A stretch of DNA of 64,000 bases from the NCBI GenBank assembly GCA_030390025.1, contig CM059425.1, forward strand, positions 260,338,001 through 260,402,000, given 5' to 3'. The notes beneath the pieces are model-generated. The model had not been told where the DNA came from. It worked only from the letters and a program-made list of their open reading frames with translations, and did no database searches. Every line of letters starts with the position of its first letter. Position 1 is the first letter of the stretch. The DNA is from Squalus acanthias (Eukaryota). A program made the position numbers and the translations under genes. Positions 38,401-50,200 of the stretch are shown one piece after another.

Positions 38401-40375
38401 TGTCTGCCTTTCACTTTCCTCTATTTCACTACATAGGTTTCTAGCCCCCTGCCATACTAGTTTAAATGCTCCCGAACTGCTTTATCAAAAATTACCCCGA
38501 GAACATCAGTTCCATCTTTGCACAGGTGTAGACCGTCCCTTTTGTATAGGTCACACCTACCACAAAACTGGTTCCAATGCCTCAAAAATTTAAAACCCTC
38601 CCTCTTACACCACTGCTCAAGCCACGTATTTAGCCTAACTATCCTGTTCTCTGTACTCTTACTAGCACGTGGCACTGGTAGTAATCCAGAGATTACTACC
38701 TTCGAGGTCCTACTTTTTAGCTTGGCTCCTAACTCCCTAAATTCTACTTGTAGGACCTCTTCCCTTTTTTTAGCTACGTCGTTGGTACCAACATGTATCA
38801 CGACAACTGGCTGTTCCCCCTCCCCCTCCAGAATGTTCTGCACCCGCGCCGAGACATCCTTGACCCTTGCACCAGGGAGGCAACATACCATCCTGGAGTC
38901 TCGGTCGCGACCACAGAAACCCCTATCTATTCCCCTTACAATCGAATCCCCTATTACTATAGCCCTGCCACTCTTTTTCCCTCCCTTCTTTGCAACAGAG
39001 CCAGTCATGGTGCCATGAGCCTGGCTGCTGGTGCCTTCCCCCGATGAGTCATCCCCCCCGACAACAGCACCTAAGGCGGTGAACCTGTTGCTAAGGGAGA
39101 CAACCCCAGGGGATTTCTGCACTACCTTCCTGCCCTTGCTCTGCCTTTTGGTCACCCATGTACTATCTACGCTGGCCTTAACCTGCGGTGTGACCAACTC
39201 ACTAAATGTGCTATCCACAACCCTCTCAGAATCGTGGATGCTCCAAAGTGAGTCCATCCGCAGCTCAAGGGCCGTCATGCGGTCCCACATGAGCTGCAGC
39301 TGGACACACTTCCCGCACACATGGTTGTCAGGGACACAGGAAGCGTCCCTGATTTCCCACATGTTACAGGAGGAGCATGACACAGGTCCGAGCTCTACTG
39401 CCATGACTTAACCCTTATATTACTTTTTAATTTTCTAGTTTTAGTTTATTTATTGACTTTTGTTTTCCCGAAGCTTACTTCGACCAATGTATACTGTACT
39501 CCTCTTATTCCTTTTTAAACTAACCAAATCCCACTAGTTTTAGTTTTACTTTCTAGGAAGGTTTGAGGAAAGTACTTACCAGTTAAGCCACCACCCTCCT
39601 TAAATGCCGTTCACCTGGGTGCTTCCCACCTGGTCCGCTTCCGGTCTCGTCTCTCCCGACAACAGCCTGTGAAAGAAAAGCCCGCGAAAGTGAGTTCAAA
39701 TACTCACAGGACCTCCGGTCTCGTCGCTCCCGACAACAGCCTGTGAAGAAAAGCCCGCGAAAGTGAGTTCAAATACTCACAGCACCTCACAGCACCTCCG
39801 GTCTCGTCGCTCCCGACAACAGCCTGTGAAGAAAAGCCCGCGAAAGTGAGTTCAAATACTCACAGCACCTCACAGCACCTCCGGTCTCATCGCTCCCGAC
39901 AACAGCCTGTGAAGAAAAGCCCGTGAAAGTGAGTTCAAATACTCACAGCACCTCACAGCACCTCCGGTCTCGTCGCTCCCGACAACAGCCTGTGAAGAAA
40001 AGCCCGCGAAAGTGAGTTCAAATACTCACAGCACCTCACAGCACCTCCGGTCTCGTCGCTCCCGACAACAGCCTGTGAAGAAAAGCCCGCGAAAGTGAGT
40101 TCAAATACTCACAGCACCTCACAGCACCTCCGGTCTCGTCGCTCCCGACAACAGCCTGTGAAGAAAAGCCCGCGAAAGTGAGTTCAAATACGCACAGCAC
40201 TTCACAGCACCTCCGGTCTCGTCGCTCCCGACAACAGCCTGTGAAGAAAAGCCCGCGAAAGTGAGTTCAAATACTCACAGCACCTCCGGTCTCGTCGCTC
40301 CCGACAACAGCCTGTGAAGAAAAGCCTGCGAAAGTGAGTTCAAATACTCACAGCACCTCACAGCACCTCCGGTCT
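35414..40375 (-). mobile_element. Young full-length CR1: about nine 83-bp 5' monomers (39640-40375), intact ORF1 38457-39404, ORF2 frameshifted at a G-run near 36323
   Basis: 315-aa ORF1 with GDS motif, 704-aa plus 201-aa ORF2 pieces, (tctatgta) tail. Confidence 0.95.
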
Positions 40376-41100
40376 ATCTTAGCAGGTTCCTCTAATGAGG
40401 CCATATGGGTAGAACTTAAAAACAAAAAGGGGGCAAGTACTTTGCTGGGAGTGTACTATAGGCCCCAAACAGTCAGCGGGAGATAGAGGAACAGATATGT
40501 AGGCAAATTTCAGAGAAGTGTAGAAATAATAGGGTAATAATAGGAGGGGATTTCAACTTCCCCAATATTAACTGGGATAGTCAGAGTGTGAAAGGCTTAG
40601 AGGGTGCGCAATTCTTAAAGTGCATCCAGGAGAGCTTTTTGAGCCAGCATGTAGAAAGTCCATCAAGAGAGGGGGCGGTACTGGACCTAATTCTAGGGAA
40701 TGTAGCCGGGCAAGTGGTAGAAGTGTTAGTAGGAGAGCATTTTGGTGACAGTGACCATAATTCGGTGAGATTTAAGGTAGTCATGGAAAAGGACAAAGAT
40801 GGACCGGAAATAAAGGTTCTAAATTGGGGGAAGGCCGATTTTAACATGATAAGGCAGGATCTGGCCAAAGTGGACTGGGATCAGCTTTTTGTAGGAAAAT
40901 CCATATCAGAGCAGTGGGAGTCTTTCAGAAAGGAAATAGAGAGAGTACAACGGCAGCATGTTCCCGTAAAGGTCAAGGGTGGGACCAACAAGTCCAGGGA
41001 ACCCTGGGTGTCAAGGGATATACGAGAATGGATTAGGAAAAAAAGGAAGGCTTTTGGCAGATACAAAGGACTAAAAACAGTGGAAGCCCTAGAGGAGTAT

Positions 41101-42975
41101 TAATCATGGGAAACATGGAGATGGCAAAAATGCTGAACAAATATTTTGTTTCAGTCTTTATGGTAGAGGACACTAAGAATATCCCAACACTGGACAAACA
41201 GGGGGCTCTAGTGGGGGAGGAGCTAAATACGATTAAAATCACTAAGGAATTGGTACTCAGTAAAATAATGGGACTCAAGGCGGATAAATCCCCTGGACCT
41301 GATGGCTTACATCCTAGGGTCTTGAGGGAAATGGTAGTAGGAATTGTGGATGCTTTGGTAATAATTTTCCAAAACTCCCTGAACTCAGCAAAGGTCCCAG
41401 CAGATTGGAAAACTGCTAATGTAACACCCTTATTTAAAAAGGGTTGTAGGCAGAAGGCTGGAAATTATAGACCAGTTAGCCTAACATCTGTGGTGGGTAA
41501 AATTTTGGAGTCTATTATTAAGGAGACAGTAACGGAACATTTAGATAAACATAATTTAATAGGACAAAGTCAGCATGGCTTTATGAAGGGGAAGTCATGT
41601 CTGACAAATTTGCTCGAGTTCTTTGAGGACATAACGTACAGGGTGGATAAAGGGGAACCAGTGGATGTAGTGTATTTAGACTTCCAGAAGGCATTCGACA
41701 AGGTGCCACATAAAAGATTATTACTTAAGATAAAAAATCACTGGATTGGGGGTAATATTCTGGCATGGGTGGAGGATTGGTTATCTAACAGGAAGCAGAG
41801 AGTTGGGATAAATGGTTCATTCTCGGACTGGCAACCAGTAGCCAGTGGTGTTCCGCAGGGGTCGGTGCTGGGTCCCCAACTTTTTACAATCTATATTAAC
41901 GATTTGGAGGAGGGGACCGAGTGTAACATATCAAAGTTTGCAGATGATACAAAGATGGGAGGGAAAGTAGAGAGTGAGGAGGACATAAAAAACCTACAAG
42001 GGGATATAGACAGGCTGGGTGAGTGGGCAGAGATTTGGCAGATGCAATACAATATTGGAAAATGTGAGGTTATGCACTTTGGCAGGAAAAATCAGAGAGC
42101 AAGTTATTATCTTAATGGCGAGAAACTGGAAAGTACTGGAGTACAAAGGGATCTGGGGGTCTTGGTGCAAGAAAATCAAAAAGTTAGTATGCAGGTGCAG
42201 CAGGTGATCAAGAAAGCCAATGGAATGTTGGCTTTTATTGCTAGGGGGATAGAATATAAAAACAGGGAGGTATTGCTGCAGTTGTATAGGGTATTGGTGA
42301 GACCGCACCTGGAGTACTGCATACAGTTTTGGTGTCCATACTTAAGAAAAGACATACTTGCTCTCGAGGCAGTACAAAGAAGGTTCACTCGGTTAATTCC
42401 GGGGATGAGGGGGTGGACATATGAGGAGAGGTTGAGTAGATTGGGACTCTACTCATTGGAGTTCAGAAGAATGAGAGGCGATCTTATTGAAACATATAAG
42501 ATTGTGAAGGGGTTGGATCGGGTGGACGCGGTGAGGATGCTCCCAATGATGGGTGAAACTAGAACTAGGGGACATAATCTTAGAATAAGGGGCTGCTTTT
42601 TCAAAACTGAGATGAGGAGAAACTTTTTCACTCAGAGGGTAGTGGGTCTGTGGAATTTGCTACCCCAGGAAGCCGTGGAAGCTACTTCATTAAATAAATT
42701 TAAAACAGAAATAGACCGTTTCCTAGAAGTAAAGGGAATTAGGGGTTACGGGGAGCGGGCTGGAAATTGGACGTGAGTTTGAGTTCGGATCGGTCAAGGC
42801 CCTGTGGGTGGCAGAGCGGGCCCAGTGGCCGAGTGGCCGGGTCCTGCTCCTACTTCTTGTGTTCTTTAGAGTTGAGGTTGGATCAGATCAGCCATGATCT
42901 CATTGAATGGCGGAGCAGGCTCGAGGGGCCGATTGGTCTACTCCTGCTCCTATTTCTTATGTTCTTATGTTCTTA
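41101..42975 (+). mobile_element. 5'-truncated CR1 with intact RT ORF (41106-42776), nested in the outer CR1
   Basis: Interrupts EALEEY|RKCRG, has a (ttcttatg)n tail, and is the same subfamily as 61760-64000. Confidence 0.93.
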
Positions 42976-45900
42976 TGTATAGAAAGTGCAGGGGGGTACT
43001 TAAAAAAGAAATTAGGAGAGCGAAGAGGGGGAATGAAATAACACTGGCGGGCAAAATAAAGGAAAATCCCAAGGTGTTTTATAAGTATATTAAGGGCAAG
43101 AGGATAACCAGGGCAAGAGTAGGGCCCATTAGGGACCAAAGTGGCAATCTGTGTGTAGAGCCAGAAGATGTAGGTGGGGTTTTAAATGAATATTTTACAT
43201 CTGTGTTCACTATGGAGAAGGACGATGTAGGCATAGAAATCAGGCAGGGGGACTGTGATATACTTGAACAAATTAGTATTGAGAGGGAGGAGGTACTAGC
43301 GGTTTTAGTGGGCTTAAAAGTGGATAAATCCCCAGGACCAGACGAGATGTATCCCAGGCTGCTGTGTGAGGCAAGGGAAGAGATTGCAGGGGCTCTGACA
43401 CAAATTTTCAGAACCTCCCTGGCCACAGGGGAGGTGCCAGAGGACTGGAGGACAACTAACGTAGTACCATTATTCAAGAAGGGTAGTAGGGATAAACCAG
43501 GGGATTAAAGGCCATTGAGCCTAACATCAGTGGTAGGGAAATTATTGGAAAAAATTCTGAGGGACAGAATTAGTCTCCACTTGGAGAGGCAAGGATTAAT
43601 CAAGGATAGTCAGCATTGCTTTGTCAGGGGGAGATCATGTCTGACCAAATTGATTGAATTTTTCGAGGGGGTGACTAGGTGTGTGGATGAGGGTAGTGCA
43701 GTTGATGTGGTCTACATGGACTTCAGTAAGGCTTTTGACAAAGTCCCGCATGGGAGACTGGTCAAGAAGGTAAGAGCCCATGGGATCCAGGGCAACTTGG
43801 CACATTGGATCCAAAATTGGCTTAGTGGCAGGAGGCAGAGGGTGATGGTCGAAGGTTGTTTTTGTGACTGGAGGCCTGTGTCCAGTGGTGTACCGCAGGG
43901 ATCGGTGCTGGGTCCTTTGCTGTTTGTAGTGTACATTAATGATTTAGATATGAATGTAGGAGTTATGATCAGTAAGTTTGCAGATGACACGAAAATTGAT
44001 GGGGTGGTAAATAGCGAGGAGTGAAGCCTCAGGCTACAGGACGATATAGACGGGTTGGTCAGATGGGCAGAACAGTGGCAAATGGAATTTAAACCTGAAA
44101 AGTGTGAGGTGATGCATTTTGGGAGGACTAACAAGGCAAGGGAATACACAATGAATGGTAGGACCCTAGGAAGGACAGAGGAATAGAGGGACCTTGGTGT
44201 GCATGTACATAGATCCCTGAAGGCAGCAGGATAGGTAGATAAGGTGCTTAAAAAGGCATATGGGATGCTTGCCTTCATTTGCCGAGGCATAGAATATAAG
44301 AGCAGAGAGGTTATGACGGAGCTGTACAAAACAATAGTTAGGCCACAGCTGGAATACTGTGTGCAGTTCTGGCCGCCACACTATAGGAAGGATGTGATTG
44401 CATTGGAGAGGGTGCAGAGGAGATTCACCAGGATGTTACCTGGGCTGCAGCGCTTCAGCTATGAAGAGAGACTGGACCGGCTGGGGTTGTTTTCCTTAGA
44501 GCAGAGAAGGCTGAGAGGGGACCTGATTGAAGTGTACAAAATTATGAGGGGCATAGATAGGGTAGATAGAAAGGAACTTTTCCCCTTAGTAGAGGGGTCA
44601 ATAACCAGGGAGTACAGTTTCAAGGTAAGGGGCAGGAGGTTTAGAGGGGATTTGAGGAAAACTTTTTCACCCAGAGGGTGGTTGGAATCTGGAACTCACT
44701 GCCTGAAAGGGTGGTAGAGGCAGGAACCCTCACAACATTCAAGAAGCATTTAGATGAGCTCTTGAAACGCCATAGCATACAAGGCTACGGACCAAGTGCT
44801 GGAAAATGGGATTAGAATAGACAGGGCTTGATGGCCGGCGCGGACACGATGGGCCGAAGGGCCTCTTTCTGTGCTGTATAACTCTATGACTCTATGATTC
44901 TGTGACCAAACGCTTGGTCAAAGAGGTAGGTTTTAAGGAGCGTCTTATAGGAGGATTGAGTGGCAGAAAGACAGAAAGGTTTAGGGAGGGAATTCCAAAG
45001 CTTAAGGCCTTGGCAGCTGAAGGCACGACTACCAATGGTTGAGCGATTATAATCAGGAATGTTCAAGAGGCCAGAATTAGAAGAGTGCATATTACAGAGA
45101 TAGAGAAGGGCGAGGCCATTGAGGGATTTAAAACAAGGATGAGAATTTTAAAATCGAGGCATTGCTTAACCGGGAGCCAATGTAGGTCAGCGAGCACAGG
45201 GGTGATTGGTGAAGGGTACTTGGCTTCGGTCTTCCCAATATTTAGTTGGTGGAAATTTCTACTCATACTGTACTGGATGTCGGACAAACAGTCTGACAAT
45301 TTAGAGACAGTGGAGGGGTTGAGAGATGGTGGTGAGGCAGAGCTGGATGCCCGTCAGCGTACGTGAGTAATCTAACGCTGTGATTATGGACGATGTCGCC
45401 GAGGAGCAGCATGTAGATGAGAAATAGGAGGGGTCAAGGATAGATCCTTGGGGGATACCAGAGGTTTCCTGAATCTGCTGTGCAGTGAGTTTATCTACCT
45501 TACAGATGGCCAGTCCCCAACTAGATGCTCAACTTAAAAACACTCAAACTGTTGTTTTAAACAATCTTCTGTTGTTCACTTGAGTAGTAATGAATTCCGT
45601 GTTCGGGTTATAATCTCTTTATTTTTTTCTACTTCAACATAAAAATCTATCTATAATTTCTGCAGAGTATAAAACAATTTACAAGCGGAGTTTTGTCAGC
45701 AGATTTGAACGTAGGCATGCGCTCATCCTTCTACACTTCTTCCTTCTCAAACATTAACAGAAAAACTTCTTTTTTTATACACTGTTTCTTCCTTATCAAA
45801 CTGGAAATGGCATTGCCTTTTATGGTAGTCTCCGGTCAATGCACCGTCTTTCAGCCGATTCTTACGCACACAAGTTTATATTTCTCTACAACATACGTAC

Positions 45901-46779
45901 ATCAACACCCTTTCGTGTAGGTTGCAGTAATATGTAGTGGAATGTTTATAGTATGGCACTACTATAAACATCCCAAGGCTTTACGTCAATCTTGAACATT
46001 GGCTATTGCTAGGGTGATCTGTAATTCTTTCTCTCTCTCTTTCTCTTTCCAATGATGTCAATCACGTTTTTTGCTCTCCATTGTAAGCTTTTTATTTCGA
46101 CTGGCATTAAATTGACAGCAAGACCAAATCTTTTGAAACAATTTTGAATAAGCTTATTAAACACTCACACTCATGCACATCAAAACACTAGCCTACTGAT
46201 ATCCTATGGACTCTGCTCGATGACAACAGGTAAGGTAATGGGTTAGATTTAAACAGACTAGTACTTCCCTGAGTCAAGCAATGCACGCGGCCTTTTTCCT
46301 TGGTGAGTTTCGATGGTGAGTTTCGATGGGTTTTCGATGCTGTCTCTGTGGGGGTTATCCTGTTATGCAGGTTTCCTTTGTTAAGTTTCGCGCCGTTGCC
46401 TTAAGCTCCGCTCCCAGGGAGATCCATACCCATCAAATTAATCTTTATTACATTCATCTTATATTAATAGTCTCGAGTCCATCACACATAGAAAACATAT
46501 ATTTTTATTCTTACACCATTGAATGAGCAAAACACAAACACTTTTCAGAAGCTGAATTTGCCGAGTTCCCTGTACCAACAAAACCCTCCATTGTCTCAAT
46601 CGTCAATGATGAAACTTTCCACCGATCCTCCGCCAATGTTATGGCAGGAGATGAATTCCCATCACTCTCTCCTTGATCATTTGATGCTGTATTACGAGGG
46701 GCTCTCAAACACAGAAGTCTCGATTGGAATTTCAATTGAGCACTAAGAATGAGAAATGCCTTATCTTTTCTTTCAGAAG

Positions 46780-47261
46780 TTACTTTACCTGTTCCGCATC
46801 ATCAGAACCAGCAGCTGAAAACATTACTATCTGTGAAGATGCCACAGTATTACCATGATGTCCCACGCCAGTAGAGCTTCCATTGTGAATCTTCAACCTC
46901 CAGATAGTCAAAGCAATTGAAAGAAAGAAGATAATTGAAATGGAGGTTCGAATGTAGAGGTCGATGTTCAACTTGTCCTTGTCATCAGCGGGGAAGTGGA
47001 TCTGACGGATGTCACTCCCGTGTTCATTTACAGCCACACAGCTGTAGTTTCCTCTCAGCGTTGGGTTAAGAATCTCTCCCACAGTTTGATGTTTGTCTGG
47101 CACTCGTGTGACTGTCGTGCTACTGCTGTCCACGGGCAGTGCGCTGTTTTCAGGGTCGATCCATGTGATGTTTGCGGGTGGCTCCCCTTCAACCTTGCAC
47201 ACGATGGTGTCTCCAGTTATATTGTCGGTCACAACCGATAGATCCAGGGTGGTGGCTGGGG
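46780..47261 (-). CDS. Gene B exon 4: C2-set domain, TM LYIRTSISIIFFLSIALTIW, Tyr-free tail
   Basis: Same acceptor as gene A. Arg codon at 46948-46950. 3' end uncertain because of possible cryptic donors near 46853 and 46788. Confidence 0.82.
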
Positions 47262-50200
47262 CTTGGGGAGGAAAGAGACAATGAGTTAACTCAATCTAAT
47301 TAATCTTTATTAAATGGGCCGTGGTGACAACGGCCATTACGTGGCACTGAGAAACACGTGAGCATGGAGAGGTGACACCCAACAGGAGATTGGATTGAAA
47401 TATTCAGAGAGCAAGTGGACTGGCTCCTGATTGTAAAGGGAAATGAGTTTGATGTAAACGGAGGAGGCGGATGGAATTAGCCTGAGTGAGTGGATCTGAA
47501 CAACACAGCGGCCTGGAAATTGGGCTGCCTAAATGCCCTCCTAAACTGTTACAGGCGTCTCTCAGGTCTCAGCTCCTCACTGGGAGCAAATTTGCTCTTG
47601 TGTTTGTTCAACGTGATTTTATCACCTTCACCATTGTAGGGGGTGATGGTTTGTGTCAGCTTCACCTCTGACTTCTGAGCGGTTTGAATCGCTCCCACTC
47701 CCTTGGTTCTAGACCTTGGACTTATTTGGGGGTTGTGATAAAAAGTGCAGCAGACAACTGAGTTTGATGCAAGAACTTTGATCTTTATTTAAGAAAGTAA
47801 AACACAACACAAACACTCTTAACACTCTAAAAGTGGGGAACACTTCGGTACAAGCGAGGGAAATAACATAAGGAGAATACTTCACCCCTCCCAATCCCAC
47901 TTCACTGGCTAGGTTGGACTCCAGAGGACCAGGGATGATACTCACCAGAATCCTTGACAGTTGGGTTAGTTGGCGGTTTTGGGGTTCACTCTATATGTCG
48001 GTTGGTGTCTGCTGTACCCCGTACGCGGTAGACGACTTCAACTGTGTATCTGGTCAGTCTTCGCGAGTCCGCTGATGCGGTAGGGTGCGTATTGGATCTA
48101 TCAGGTGAGTACCCACTTTTCTTTGGTTTAGAAGTAGGGTTTAGAGGTTTTTAAGGGAAAATCTTACCCAGGGGTAAATCAGGAGTAGATTGTAGAGTGG
48201 AAACTTTGTGGATCTTCGGGTTTTCTTCGAGTTGGTTTTCTTTGGTCGCGGTGGCCCAAATATTGGTACTTGGTGTTCGGTTGGTTGTTTCGTGAGGGCC
48301 TTGTTGCCGCGAGGTGTCCGATGGTCACTGAGGCGGTCGTTCTGGTTTCTTCACGTGTCGGCCTACTTTGTTGGATGGTCTGGCCTTCGAGCTGTCGACC
48401 TCCTGGCTGGACATGGAACGCTGAACGGTGGTGTTGTAGGACTGTGTTGCGGAGAATGCCTCTGTGGATGTCTTCTTGTTCTTCCTTCCTCTTCTTCTTT
48501 TTCAGGTTGAGAACGGGCCTTCAATTATACCCATTTAAGCTCCCTTATCTGCGCGCCAAATCAGGTCCCGGTCTTTGTTAGATTTTGGCGGGCTCGTTAA
48601 CGGTAACTGGTTTGTTAAGGTGTGAAGTGGTTCCGGGATGGCCCCATCCTGTCGATTTGCCACTTAATCAGAGATGATTGTCCTCATGTTTTGGGTTTCT
48701 TGACTGGGCCTAGGATTTCTATAGAGTAGGCCGAAGTAATCTGTTTTATGCATGTTTTAATGGGCTCTGTAACTTGGGGTGGAGACTGTTTTTCCTTGGG
48801 TTTATTGTAAGGATGTTAATGTCTGACAGGGGCCGATTTACACTCCCAGCGAGGTCATGCGGTTCCCCAGACAGTTCCCAATAGCTCCAATACCCAAACT
48901 GTTTTTACAGAGGTTGAGCCCACCTCCCTTTACAGCCTTTTCTCCCTTACAAGTCCAGACATGTCTTTTAAAATACCAAATCTTGGGTTTTGCTCTAAAA
49001 CGTCCTTCGGTTAAGCCCAATGCATTTCACCACCCTGTAATAGTTAGAAAAGAGTCCAAAGTCTTTTTCCTTAGGGTTTGTCTTCGAGTTTTGGGGGATC
49101 TGTGAATTTTGAGAATCTTACACCATATCATTGACATAGATGTTTCCTTACCGACAAGCTGTAGTCTCATCACATCCTGAATCACGTTTTCCCCTTGTTC
49201 ATTCTCGATGTGTACGTGACAGAAGTAGTCGCTGGTGTCGTTCAGCCCCAGGTCCCTCATCCTTATGGAGGCGTCTCCTTGGGTTGGGTTTCCGATCAGC
49301 TCATATCGATCTCCTTGATTTACACTAACTGTGTCAGTATAGTGAGAACCAGCGGCGAGGGAACGAGTGTGATTAAAAACAGTGGACTCTTGGCATGGAT
49401 TCTCCTTCATCCAGAGGACAGTGATGTTGTTCAGATACCGGCCAGGGGGACTGAAGGTGCAGGGCAGTGTGGCAGAATCTCTCTTCATCCCAGTCACTGG
49501 CCGGGTATTGTTCTCATCAGCTGAGGTAGAGAAGAGTTTTAAAGAATGGACATTATTCATTAGCACAGAGCATTAAACACAGTTTATACAACAAATATGT
49601 CCCCTGTGCACTGTGAGGTTTGCTCTGACGGCAGTGCAGGCAGACAACAGCAGCTTCCATTTAAACAGCGACTTTAACACAGTAAAACATTTCCTTCCTA
49701 TTCACTCTCTCAAAACCCTTCATAATTTTGACAACCTCTACTAATTCTCCCCATAACATTCTCTGCTCTGAGGAGAACAATCTCAGTTTCTCCAGTTTCT
49801 CCACACAACAGAAGTGCCTCATCACTGGAACCATTCTAGTAAATCTCCTCTGCACCCTCTCCAAGGCCTTGACATCCTTCCTAAAGAGTCCGGAATCGGA
49901 CACAACACTCCAGCTAGGGCCTAACCTGTATTTTATAAAGGTTTAGCATAACTTCCTTGCTTTTGTACTCTTAACAGCTCTTCACAATCATCAACCTCAC
50001 TCATTAATAATTCTCTTTATCCTACTCCAGTCCCACACCATCCTGATTGACTCTTAACTGCTCTCTGAAGTGGCTCAGTTGTATCAGCGCCTTCTCAGGG
50101 CAACGAGGGAAGGGCAATAAATGTCGGCCTTGGCAGCAACGCCCACATCACCAGAACGAGTAAAACAAATACACACGGTTGTGATTGGATTATTTTACAG

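Larger units (their letters stand above)
33297..44901 (+). mobile_element. Full-length CR1 (outer element of a nest), inserted in a minus-strand L2 fragment
   Basis: TSD gtgacca (33290-33296 and 44902-44908). ORF1 from 34089. ORF2 is split by two younger CR1s and has stops. Confidence 0.9.

Noticed and set aside
34089-39404. Host SGNH/GDSL esterase genes
   Set aside because: They lie directly upstream of APE-RT ORF2 and are the known CR1 ORF1 esterase domain.
45480-46770. Possible downstream tail exons for gene B
   Set aside because: I found no 72-nt DPQE-type exon between gene B and gene A. The nearby acceptor at about 46744 would give an almost immediate stop.
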